DNA from: a virus
Lineage: Duplodnaviria; Caudoviricetes
Virus record (IMG/VR): IMGVR_UViG_3300028800_000093
Location: 1,370-65,369 of that record
Length of the DNA: 64,000 bases
Reading direction: 5' to 3' (one strand)
Of this stretch, positions 55,911 through 64,000 are shown one piece after another. Every line of letters starts with the position of its first letter. Position 1 is the first letter of the stretch. The notes under the pieces were generated by a model, which saw only the letters and a list, made by a program, of their open reading frames with translations, was not told the DNA's origin and did no database searches. The position numbers were made by a program, and so were the translations under genes.

Positions 55911-57161
55911 TTACACGTTAGATGTGAAGAATGAGTTGCCGAACATTACCTTGAGGTGCTTGATGATCATGGCGTATCGCTTTTCCAATTTATCCAAGCG
56001 AAGTTCGATCAATTCGATGATGCGATCTGTGACGGACTGCGACAAGCCATCGACGCTCATGGACTGAGATGCAATCCTGAACAACGGCAACATGACTTCG
56101 AGCGCATAAATTGCCGCTGCGGAGCCGATTGCCTCATTGACGATGACCGGAACCATTCCTTCTGGGTCCATCAAACCTGTTTCGCACTCGACAGTCCAGA
56201 ACGCAGGCAAAAAGCCCAACGCTCCAATGACTTGCAATAATGCTGAACCAGTGAGTGAACCGGCCTGTGCTTCAAAGCCGAGACCGCCGCCAGAGAACAC
56301 CACTCCAAGCGGAACGACGTTGAGCAGACCGCGAGTTGCGTTGCCCATTTCAATCCATTCGTTTGGAATGCGATAAATTTCTGAACCGGACGGGAAGCGA
56401 TGATCGTGTTTCGGTTTTGAAGTCGCTGTTGCCCAGAAAGCCGGTGTCATTATCGGTACATTGCCGAGATTTCCGACCTGCTGCGAAACATACAGATTGT
56501 TGTTGTACTTTACGACTGCGCCGATGCCATAGGTGGTCACGTTTGACCATGCACCATCCCACGCAGCTAGAGTCCATTGCGCAGGCGATGTGTCAGGCTG
56601 ATTTCCGACGTTGGCACTCACTGCAGAAGCATAGCTTGAGCCATTCCAAGTGACGATTGCGCCGAGTCCATAGGGAGTTCCCAAGTGCCAAGGATTGGTG
56701 TGTCGCGGGCTTTGGCCGTCTGGAAATAAACCCTCGTGATCGTTTTCCAAAGAAACTGATTCTTCTTCGCCGAAATCATTGATCGAACCATACGCTGCCG
56801 AGCAGATCGCAAGGCGCTTCACGCGGCGGATGGGTTTGAACGGGATTTCAAGTGCGACGAACTGAGCATAAAGTTGCGGATCGAATGGCATGCGATGGCG
56901 TACAAGGCGCGTTTGCACGCTGGTCTTAGCTTCCAATTGGAACCGTCCAAGCCCGCGTTTGATGAAAGATTCGAGATCCTTCGGTCCAAGGCGTTCTTTG
57001 GTCAGCGGCGAGATAAGCGGAATGCCGAACAGATAGCTGCGGGCCATCGTTTCGCCGTCAATGAGAGGTTCCAGCTCTGCGTACAGGCCGGTGCCATCTA
57101 TTTGGCGTTCGGGGAAGGTTGCACCAGTCCCCTTTTTGGCTTTCTTCATGTTGGTTGACAT
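55911..57161 (-). CDS. head-tail adaptor (neck) with two inserted CBM5/12-like modules
   Basis: YLFGIPL and SQSMSVDGLSQS adaptor motifs; two W...Y..G.IV...Y...N.G..P...W units. Confidence 0.75.
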   Translation of the reverse strand: MSTNMKKAKKGTGATFPERQIDGTGLYAELEPLIDGETMARSYLFGIPLISPLTKERLGPKDLESFIKRGLGRFQLEAKTSVQTRLVRHRMPFDPQLYAQFVALEIPFKPIRRVKRLAICSAAYGSINDFGEEESVSLENDHEGLFPDGQSPRHTNPWHLGTPYGLGAIVTWNGSSYASAVSANVGNQPDTSPAQWTLAAWDGAWSNVTTYGIGAVVKYNNNLYVSQQVGNLGNVPIMTPAFWATATSKPKHDHRFPSGSEIYRIPNEWIEMGNATRGLLNVVPLGVVFSGGGLGFEAQAGSLTGSALLQVIGALGFLPAFWTVECETGLMDPEGMVPVIVNEAIGSAAAIYALEVMLPLFRIASQSMSVDGLSQSVTDRIIELIELRLDKLEKRYAMIIKHLKVMFGNSFFTSNV

Positions 57162-57580
57162 TATGCGTAAAACCTATTGCTGCCTGTGCCAGAGGCGACT
57201 AAACGACCTTCCGGCAAAAGGGTTTGGATTGAAGTTCCGTCGGTGAGAGTCAGGGTCATATTGCCTTGAATCACATCGTTCGGCATAATCGTGATCTTCC
57301 AAATCGAGCGGTCGTCGGCGGGGAACGCCATTACCGCAACGCGTTGAACTACCAAGCACGAGTCTAAGTTATCGAAATTAGCTACTAATGTGGCAGCAGA
57401 CGACGGCATGTAGCGGGTCGGGCAATCGGTGTCGCACGCGTTTGCGCAACCGCTCGATGAGATAGAAACAATCTGGATGTACATATCCTGACCACTACCG
57501 TTAACGTGTTCAAATTGCGGAACGACGTCGTATGCATTGACGTTGTAGACGCTTTCTAGGAAAACAAAGGCTAGCTTCAT
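57161..57580 (-). CDS. virion structural protein
   Basis: first gene after the late motif at 57613-57621; GGAGG RBS. Confidence 0.65.
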   Translation of the reverse strand: MKLAFVFLESVYNVNAYDVVPQFEHVNGSGQDMYIQIVSISSSGCANACDTDCPTRYMPSSAATLVANFDNLDSCLVVQRVAVMAFPADDRSIWKITIMPNDVIQGNMTLTLTDGTSIQTLLPEGRLVASGTGSNRFYA

Positions 57581-57616
57581 AGGCGCAATCCTCCAAAAGG
57601 ATGTACGCCCATAAGA

Positions 57617-58324
57617 TTAGGCTCTTGTCTTGCCACGTTTCTGCTTGGATTTACCCTGTCTTTTCGGCTGTTTACCGCCGCGCATGGCTTGTTCCATAGC
57701 AACTTGCTGATCATACGAGGGATGATTGCCGAGGAACATTGACGGAGGTGCGTTGTTGGTGCGCGGAATACCAATATGGTCAACGATTCCCCACGTGCGG
57801 GCAGTCGCGGCGGTTAAAGTCCAGTCGGCATTGTGCTTCGACTTGATTTTGTCGTCGAAATCTTTTAAAGTCTTGCCGGTGTCTTCGGCTAAATTTTGGA
57901 ACAATTTCTTATTCAACATGGCCGTGACTTTGGCGGACTCTTGCACATCAGCGTTTTTACCTACTGCGAAGCTCGACACTTGATGGATCAGGATGTGCAT
58001 GTCTTTGGCCGCGAAACGATAGCCCTTGGTACCTGCCGCGAGCAGCGATGCTCCACAAGACATTGCCATTCCAACGCCGATGGTAGCGACCGGCTTGTGC
58101 GATGACTTGATCAAGTCGCGGATTGCGGTAAGGGCATAAACCTCGCCGCCGTAGCTGTTGATGAACACTGGAATGATCTGGCACTCTTGGTCTTTTTCGA
58201 GTTCCATGAATTTATCATAGAATCTGATCACCGCGTCGCTGTCGAAATCTGTGACCCAGACCATCTTACTGTCCGGTGCCATCGACAACATTCGCATCAA
58301 GTCCTTCTCCATACCGTTACTCAT
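57617..58324 (-). CDS. clpP: ClpP-family serine protease
   Basis: INSYGGEV, GMAMSCG (Ser), ILIHQ (His), ADWTLTA (Asp), WGIVDHI. Confidence 0.92.
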   Translation of the reverse strand: MSNGMEKDLMRMLSMAPDSKMVWVTDFDSDAVIRFYDKFMELEKDQECQIIPVFINSYGGEVYALTAIRDLIKSSHKPVATIGVGMAMSCGASLLAAGTKGYRFAAKDMHILIHQVSSFAVGKNADVQESAKVTAMLNKKLFQNLAEDTGKTLKDFDDKIKSKHNADWTLTAATARTWGIVDHIGIPRTNNAPPSMFLGNHPSYDQQVAMEQAMRGGKQPKRQGKSKQKRGKTRA

Positions 58325-58634
58325 CGTCTCTCCCGTCGGTGGTTCTGATTCGTTTACTTTCGTCGTTCGTTTTTACATTGCTCACAACAAGTTTCACTAT
58401 GGAATCATCTTCGGCGCGAACCGGCGTGATCCATGGCGGGTTGTCGCTGTCATCAAGACTCAGTGACTCAGGGTATCCAGTACGGCCAACAAAACATTTC
58501 CAGACAGGTCCGTCGATCACTAGGAAGCCGCCGATCACGAGACCGTCTGAATTGACTACGGGGAAAACTTCAAAGGCTGGAGTCCAGCCGTCGAACGCGA
58601 CAACGAATTTTTTGGTGACATCACTTTCGTTCAT
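58317..58634 (-). CDS. hypothetical protein
   Basis: start trimmed to MNESD with GGAG RBS. Confidence 0.6.
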   Translation of the reverse strand: MNESDVTKKFVVAFDGWTPAFEVFPVVNSDGLVIGGFLVIDGPVWKCFVGRTGYPESLSLDDSDNPPWITPVRAEDDSIVKLVVSNVKTNDESKRIRTTDGRDDE

Positions 58635-58896
58635 TTTGGTCTCCACCTTGGGCTTTGAAGGAAAAGTTTCCTTTATCGTCGAGGCCATAGGTCTTCTTGG
58701 TAAATTCGATTGCACTGTCGGACACATACCACATGACAATGTTCAATGCCGCGCTGAGTATGGCGTCGAGCGGGACGGGTTGCTCGCACAGTAACAGGAG
58801 ACCTACACAACCTAAATTCAGCACGCCTAAGAACATGTTTGCTTTTGAAAACACTTGAAAAATTTTAAGCTTGGTTCTGGGTTTTATTTGAAGCAT
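58621..58896 (-). CDS. two-TM membrane protein
   Basis: start trimmed to MLQIK with GGAG RBS. Confidence 0.6.
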   Translation of the reverse strand: MLQIKPRTKLKIFQVFSKANMFLGVLNLGCVGLLLLCEQPVPLDAILSAALNIVMWYVSDSAIEFTKKTYGLDDKGNFSFKAQGGDQNERK

Positions 58897-59416
58897 ACCT
58901 TCTCCTGTATTGTTTCTCAAAGTGACGCGACATCTTAGTGTATACCTTGACGGGCGGTCTTTTACCAGTGATATAAAACTGGAAGTAATACCACATGTCA
59001 ACGCGGCGTGTTGCGAGGAATTTGTAGCGCGGTATTTTTAGGTCCAGGTCGTGGAACACCGCGTCTTGAAGTTTGGCGTCATTTTTCTCGGTGAGCCAAA
59101 TCAAGTAACGGTGACCTTTGGATATAGGAGGTTGACCTTTGACCCAATTGGCGTCAGCTTCCAAAGCAGCGGTGACTTCCGCATCTTCTTTACGATTGGC
59201 CGCGATCCATCCACGGTGGTGGGCCAACTCGTGGACAAGTGCTAGAATTAAACTGGTTTTTGATTGGCGTGTCCAGCGGTAAACTGTGATTTTGGTTCCG
59301 TCATTATGCCATTCGGCTTCTGGGTCGCCACGCTTGTAGACCTTCCACTCGATTTTAATGCCGAGTCCAGCCGCGTACTTTTCTATGCGAGCGATTTCTT
59401 TGTCACGAATTCCCAT
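58865..59416 (-). CDS. zincin-like HExxH metallopeptidase (ImmA/IrrE-like)
   Basis: LVHELAH followed by a downstream E..A helix. Confidence 0.7.
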   Translation of the reverse strand: MGIRDKEIARIEKYAAGLGIKIEWKVYKRGDPEAEWHNDGTKITVYRWTRQSKTSLILALVHELAHHRGWIAANRKEDAEVTAALEADANWVKGQPPISKGHRYLIWLTEKNDAKLQDAVFHDLDLKIPRYKFLATRRVDMWYYFQFYITGKRPPVKVYTKMSRHFEKQYRRRYASNKTQNQA

Positions 59417-59431
59417 AAGGCATAATACCAG

Positions 59432-59457
59432 GAAAACGGGCTGGATGTCCAGCCCGC
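59432..59457 (-). terminator. intrinsic terminator adjacent to an extended -10 promoter
   Basis: CGGGCTGGA-CA-TCCAGCCCG-TTTT, then TGGTATTAT. Confidence 0.7.
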
Positions 59458-59464
59458 TCCGAAT

Positions 59465-59734
59465 CTATTTTGCAGCTTCTAACATTACTGCGGTAGGAGC
59501 TGTCCAGCCAGGTGCATCCGACGCGATGTGTGATAACCAGATTTTGCCTGCCATCACTTCCGTTGCCAACTGCATTGCTCCGACAAGTCCCATCTGATTG
59601 CTGGGGAAGGGATTGTGTTCCACTTGCCCGCCTTTTTGCATCGCGATCAGGACTCTGTATCCCACTTTGGGGTCCAGGATTACCTGGACCAGTTTGTGGT
59701 TGACGATTACTTCGCCTTTGATTTTGGTGCTCAT
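59465..59734 (-). CDS. hypothetical protein
   Basis: TAATG-coupled to the DUF932 gene. Confidence 0.65.
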   Translation of the reverse strand: MSTKIKGEVIVNHKLVQVILDPKVGYRVLIAMQKGGQVEHNPFPSNQMGLVGAMQLATEVMAGKIWLSHIASDAPGWTAPTAVMLEAAK

Positions 59735-60699
59735 TAGATTGCACCGCCGGTTGACATTGCGACTGCGACTTTCATAGCACGAGCGTTGATGTCTTTGCTC
59801 TGACCAAACCAGAGGCTATCTGCACGCTTGTCGGCGTCATCTTTAGCTTCGTGGCTCAAGTACTGAGTGACACCGTTGTACAAACCCCACATTGTTCCAC
59901 GTGAACCGGAAAGGTCTGCGCCGAAGCCTGTTTCAAAGAGCTTCGTGATATTCTCAGTCAAACCAGTCAAGCGAGTTTGCTGACGCTCGGTGATTTCTTC
60001 AGCCGAGAATTTCGGATAGAACACTTCGCGAACGAAGGTCTTGAGATCGGCTTCGTTGACTCCGCAGCGAACCATTGCTTTGTACTGTTCGCCGGTAGCC
60101 TCGAACTGTTGATTGGCTACGTTCACCATTTCGCGAACTTTTTCGAGAGCGATTTCGATTTTTGCAGTGTGACGAACGCGGAGAAGAGCTGCGTCCGTTG
60201 CGTTGATGGCCGATGCCAAGGTGTTAGCGCAAACTACGCGGATAGGAGAGAAACCCACCATTGCCGACGCAATTCCGTCATGGCGATTGGTGAGAAGGAG
60301 ATACTTGCGAACCAAGTCGTTCGGAGCGATTTCCATCGGATTGCGATTCAACTGGGCCAAAACCCAAATCTTGCGACCGCCATCCAAAGAACCAGCGGTT
60401 TCAAGAGTCACTTCGCCAGAATCGACGAAGGGCTGGAAGAAATCGAAAGCCTTTTCGTTTTGGAGGGGAGTGTAGACCTTGCCAACTTCACCGAGCTTAG
60501 CGCCGTCGGTGTTGCGGATGATTGCTGAAGTGTCGCACAGGCGACCGTCGGCCAAATACATCGGAGTTTTGGTGACTCCCCAATTCAAGCCCGCAAGCTT
60601 GATACCTTCTGCAATGGAAGGTGCAGCTGCAATGACTTTGCCCAGCTTGTGCCAGGGAACTTCTTTGACGCTGAACATATTTTCGACTTGGTGACTCAT
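59734..60699 (-). CDS. DUF932 / TIGR03299-family protein
   Basis: PWHKLG, ETAGSLDGGRKIW, SPIRVVCANT, GTMWGLYNGVT. Confidence 0.9.
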   Translation of the reverse strand: MSHQVENMFSVKEVPWHKLGKVIAAAPSIAEGIKLAGLNWGVTKTPMYLADGRLCDTSAIIRNTDGAKLGEVGKVYTPLQNEKAFDFFQPFVDSGEVTLETAGSLDGGRKIWVLAQLNRNPMEIAPNDLVRKYLLLTNRHDGIASAMVGFSPIRVVCANTLASAINATDAALLRVRHTAKIEIALEKVREMVNVANQQFEATGEQYKAMVRCGVNEADLKTFVREVFYPKFSAEEITERQQTRLTGLTENITKLFETGFGADLSGSRGTMWGLYNGVTQYLSHEAKDDADKRADSLWFGQSKDINARAMKVAVAMSTGGAI

Positions 60700-60733
60700 T
60701 TATTTCTCCTTGTGAGTTACTTGATACACAATT

Positions 60734-60762
60734 AGTATCTCACAAGCGTTGCGACTTTGCAA
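60734..60762 (-). promoter_or_regulatory. sigma70-type promoter
   Basis: TTGCAA-17-GATACT with a TG extension. Confidence 0.7.
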
Positions 60763-60814
60763 GCTGCGTCACGCAGTTTCCCAAAATAGGTCAATATTCG
60801 CCTAATTTAGGGAA

Positions 60815-61393
60815 TTACAATGTCAGAAGCACCTCAAGGCTTGCCACGCAGAGGTGTGTATCACCTTTGGCCGTGTGCAGTAGGTGTTCGGCAACGGTTA
60901 CGCCTAAATATTTGGCTAAAATTTCGAGTTTCAATTTGAGATCAGAGGGGAGCTTCCCTTTCATCTTCAAACCCTTCGCAATCGGAACGGTATCAAGCGT
61001 GTGATAATCAGTGAACTTGCGCCACACTTGTTCGACAAGCAAATTAGCGGTCACAAATTTATCGTCAAAGGGTTCGTTGTGCCCGATACGCACAAGCCGG
61101 TTGCGCCCGCCGTCGGATTCCTTGTCGAGGAACCGATAGAGGGTGAGTGCGGCATCGTCGCGGGTCATGGCGACTTGATCATGCTTTTCGAGATTGATTC
61201 GATTGATCTTCAAAGCTTCGTCGGTATAGACGTACTTTTCGCCAGGGTTTGGCTTAACCTTCAGGTCCAGCTCATCGTGCAGCGTGAACTTGCAATTCTG
61301 GTACGTGTAAATACCAAAATACGCGGTAAGCAGGCTGTGAGACCGATGGTGTAGACCACCAGTCTCCGTGTCGTATGCGACGAATTTTTCCAT
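60815..61393 (-). CDS. DEDDh 3'-5' exonuclease (DnaQ-like)
   Basis: YDTETGGL, GHNEPFD, HTAKGD. Confidence 0.92.
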   Translation of the reverse strand: MEKFVAYDTETGGLHHRSHSLLTAYFGIYTYQNCKFTLHDELDLKVKPNPGEKYVYTDEALKINRINLEKHDQVAMTRDDAALTLYRFLDKESDGGRNRLVRIGHNEPFDDKFVTANLLVEQVWRKFTDYHTLDTVPIAKGLKMKGKLPSDLKLKLEILAKYLGVTVAEHLLHTAKGDTHLCVASLEVLLTL

Positions 61394-62637
61394 TACTCAG
61401 GGTCTCGTATGTCGATGCCCACTCCGTGGAATGGAACGGGTTCATCACCTTCGGTCAGGTTGGCGTAGCGTACCGTGAGGAATTTGCCTTGCCATAAGGA
61501 ATGGTCCTCGAAGTACTCTTTCAAGTACGACAGCGGACCATCTTTCTTGCAGGTGAAAACGAATCCCTCTTTGGTTTTGCAAACGAATGAGCCTACATGA
61601 CCTTGAAGTTTGCCGGAACCTTCTTCAATGCCGGTGATCTCAAACTCTTCGTCAACAAATTTCTTCACCTTGAGCAGATCGTAGGAACGCTTGTTCTGCG
61701 TGTACTTGCCCGCGCCGTTGCGGAGCATTGCACCTTCATAACCAAGAGCGCGAAGGTCTAGCATGATGGCGTCGACTGCTTCAGGGCTATCGACCATGCC
61801 GGTTTGCACGCAGCGCACGGTTTTCATGTCGGTGACAGTCGAGAATAATACTTGAAGTTCGTCGTAGCGATCAACGAATGATTTGTCGGTCACCATGTCG
61901 TAAACGTGGTACTCGACCAGCTCGAATCGGCCTTTCGGCACTTTTGAACGAACGCACGAGCCAAGTTCTTGGAACGTAAACGCATCTGGAGTTTTGACGC
62001 CAGTGTAATCGTCCGAAGCTTCATTGACCTGGGCATTGAACAGTTCGCCGTCCAAAATTACATTCTCGGTGAACGACTCTTCCAACACCTTATTGATGTG
62101 CGGCACGCCAGTGATTACTTCCCGTTTGCGAGAGAAGAGTGTGGCTTTGCCGTCTTTAATGACCGCGATGCAGCGATGGCCGTTCAATTTGGCCTGAATG
62201 TACGCGGGCCATTTGACCTTGTTGGGGAACTCAGCGAATTTCTGAGCGAGCATCGGGAAGATGCCTGCGTCGCCGGTTTGATCGTCAAGCTTTTGAGTGC
62301 GAGCGTCATATTCGGTTTCGACGTAGCCCTTTTTCTTTTGCTTGTCCCACTTGCCCTTGGCATTCTTTTGAGCTTGCTCGTAGGCGGTCGTGGCGTTGGC
62401 CTTACCAGCGTTTTTACCAGACTTGACCGTATCGGACGTCCGTTGTGGGCTTGGCGTACCAAGCTGACCGTAGACCGTGACAACGGCTGCCTGGCCTGTT
62501 GCCGTCAACTCTTCTGCGAAGATATCCCAATACTGAATTGCGCCGGTATTGGTTTTCTTGAAGAGACGCGGGAACCGTTTTACTACTGGGACGCGAGCTG
62601 AGGTGTCGAGATTGCCTAAACTTCCAGCGGAGTTCAT
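61393..62637 (-). CDS. lig: ATP-dependent DNA ligase
   Basis: motif I KLNG, LDGEL, EGAMLR, LLKVK, C-terminal OB domain ending IRD. Confidence 0.92.
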   Translation of the reverse strand: MNSAGSLGNLDTSARVPVVKRFPRLFKKTNTGAIQYWDIFAEELTATGQAAVVTVYGQLGTPSPQRTSDTVKSGKNAGKANATTAYEQAQKNAKGKWDKQKKKGYVETEYDARTQKLDDQTGDAGIFPMLAQKFAEFPNKVKWPAYIQAKLNGHRCIAVIKDGKATLFSRKREVITGVPHINKVLEESFTENVILDGELFNAQVNEASDDYTGVKTPDAFTFQELGSCVRSKVPKGRFELVEYHVYDMVTDKSFVDRYDELQVLFSTVTDMKTVRCVQTGMVDSPEAVDAIMLDLRALGYEGAMLRNGAGKYTQNKRSYDLLKVKKFVDEEFEITGIEEGSGKLQGHVGSFVCKTKEGFVFTCKKDGPLSYLKEYFEDHSLWQGKFLTVRYANLTEGDEPVPFHGVGIDIRDPE

Positions 62638-63138
62638 TTATTGGCCTTTCTGTTGGGAATATTTTTGAAATTCATCTTCTATTACAGAGTTGAGCTGTTC
62701 AAGCTCTTCGGGAGTCCTTGGGCGTTGATTGGTCAAGGTAACCACGCGAATATAGCCGGATGCGAAAGCGCAGTGGCCGTCACCAAGTTTGCAAACGCCA
62801 TCCGAGCCGTTTAGCATGCGAAGAATAAGCGGGTTAATGGTTTCAATACAAATGCGCGGGTCTTCGAGAAGCTTGGCCACGAGTTCGGGTTGAGACTGAA
62901 TGCGGGCGAGACAACCTTGAACCAAGGCTTCTCCGCTGATGAATTCAGCCTTCTCTTCCAAAAGAATTCGTGCGACTTGGAGCTTGGCGCGTTTGTCTTG
63001 AGCTGTCGGCTCTGGTTTATTCGAGCTGATTGAGCTTAGGCCTAAAACCGCCGCAAAAACGGCGACTACTGCCAAAACAACGATCACAGCCTTGCGTGCA
63101 TTATTTTTCACTTTTGACTCTTGATTCATTAGGTCCAT
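62638..63138 (-). CDS. membrane-anchored protein
   Basis: N-terminal TM segment, four Cys, GGAGG RBS, TGGTATTAT upstream. Confidence 0.7.
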   Translation of the reverse strand: MDLMNQESKVKNNARKAVIVVLAVVAVFAAVLGLSSISSNKPEPTAQDKRAKLQVARILLEEKAEFISGEALVQGCLARIQSQPELVAKLLEDPRICIETINPLILRMLNGSDGVCKLGDGHCAFASGYIRVVTLTNQRPRTPEELEQLNSVIEDEFQKYSQQKGQ

Positions 63139-63186
63139 GGAACCTCCATGAACCCATAATACCACGTTTCTCGTATTGGTCCAGTG

Positions 63187-63540
63187 TTAATTTCTGCGAC
63201 CTTGGGAGATATCGGTTACCAATCCGGCAACCGGACGGGTAGGAGCAGGTGCTAAGATCCCGCGACGGCGAAGCTCTTCGCGCTCGAATTGAGTGTGCTT
63301 GCCTATGAAATTGATTTTGCGCTCCAAACGATCAAAGCGTTCTTTAGCCGTTGCGTCATGGTTGGCCAATCGCATGTTGACGTCTGCCACTCCAAGACCA
63401 GTGCGGAGGACTGCGAAAAGACGCGGAATGATCGTGTGGCGATTGCGGTAAATATAGATGGCCGCGAATGCCTCTGCTGCAACGTAAACCACGCAGAACA
63501 AAATCCCGATAACCGACAAGACGTTTAAAATTGTGTTCAT
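63187..63540 (-). CDS. membrane protein
   Basis: start trimmed to MNTIL with GGAGG RBS; N-terminal TM segment. Confidence 0.65.
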   Translation of the reverse strand: MNTILNVLSVIGILFCVVYVAAEAFAAIYIYRNRHTIIPRLFAVLRTGLGVADVNMRLANHDATAKERFDRLERKINFIGKHTQFEREELRRRGILAPAPTRPVAGLVTDISQGRRN

Positions 63541-63589
63541 AAAATCCTCCATTGAATACAGTTTACGCGAAGTGTCGGAGGATTGCAAA

Positions 63590-63988
63590 CTATTTTGATA
63601 GAAACGACTCAAGATGAGATTTAAGGATGGTCGTGGCCACATTACGCAGGTGGAACTCGCTGGCTCCCATCGGGACAATGCCTTGGAAACGACGATATGA
63701 GTAGGCTAGGTCCAAAACATGTTCAATTGCCATCTTGCGTGCCGCGACTTCAGCCGACATATCCCCATTTAAGGTTGAGCGTATGGTGTTGCATGTGAGC
63801 GGGCGGTTGCGCATGATCGCGCCAACTTCGCCCATGAAATCAGCAATGGCTTCAGTGCCTATAGTGTTCGCGGTTGGAGATTCCAACAAATTGGCGATTA
63901 AAAAACGAATATCAGACACATAAAATGCTGCCTTTTGGCGAGACATGCGGCGGGAAGCGAATTCGGCGTAGTTGTAAACGCGGCCCAT
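63590..63988 (-). CDS. hypothetical protein
   Basis: 132-aa ORF at the window edge. Confidence 0.6.
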   Translation of the reverse strand: MGRVYNYAEFASRRMSRQKAAFYVSDIRFLIANLLESPTANTIGTEAIADFMGEVGAIMRNRPLTCNTIRSTLNGDMSAEVAARKMAIEHVLDLAYSYRRFQGIVPMGASEFHLRNVATTILKSHLESFLSK

Positions 63989-64000
63989 GAAATAATCGTG

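Noticed and set aside
59977-62601. plus-strand ORFs opposite DUF932, the exonuclease and the ligase
   Set aside because: Shadow frames of well-supported genes.
1-64000. bacterial T6SS/eCIS locus, alternative genetic code, introns or inteins
   Set aside because: Neck, tape measure, DNA-metabolism and early genes indicate a phage. Genes tile densely under the standard code. No homing endonuclease or intein motifs were recognised.

Overview
This window is a 64-kb segment of a large contractile-tailed (myovirus) dsDNA phage genome. Its structural module resembles Herelleviridae in gene order, and the host is probably diderm because the phage encodes Tat, lipoprotein and OMP-like export signals. 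The minus strand (57580->5461) carries a long late/virion region: neck proteins, a block of low-complexity enzyme-bearing proteins, sheath, tube, fibres, holin-like genes, chaperones, tape measure, hub, spike and a 2135-aa baseplate wedge. This region is punctuated by ten copies of a candidate late-promoter motif, CCTAATCT. Two plus-strand cassettes interrupt it. One encodes a 5'-3' exonuclease, a dUTPase-like protein and a DEDDh exonuclease. The other encodes a UDG-like protein, an Rrf2 regulator, an OMP-like protein, a collagen-PA14 lipoprotein and a cloverleaf RNA. Small early ORFs lie at the left end; ligase, exonuclease, DUF932, an HExxH protein and ClpP lie at the right end. The most notable observations are four. 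(1) An early gene fuses a twin-arginine signal to a truncated copy of the phage's own tail-tube protein. (2) An array of putative capsid-packaged cargo proteins (kinase, transglycosylase, degenerate mCpol, Nudix-GNAT, GP88-like) has domains delimited by a recurring hydrophobic-x-K-[A/S/D/E] motif. (3) A phage Rrf2 regulator sits with IscR-type palindromes, two of which overlap promoters. (4) A five-way-junction tRNA-like RNA starts at a predicted transcription start. All family calls come from motif recognition by eye; no database searches were run.
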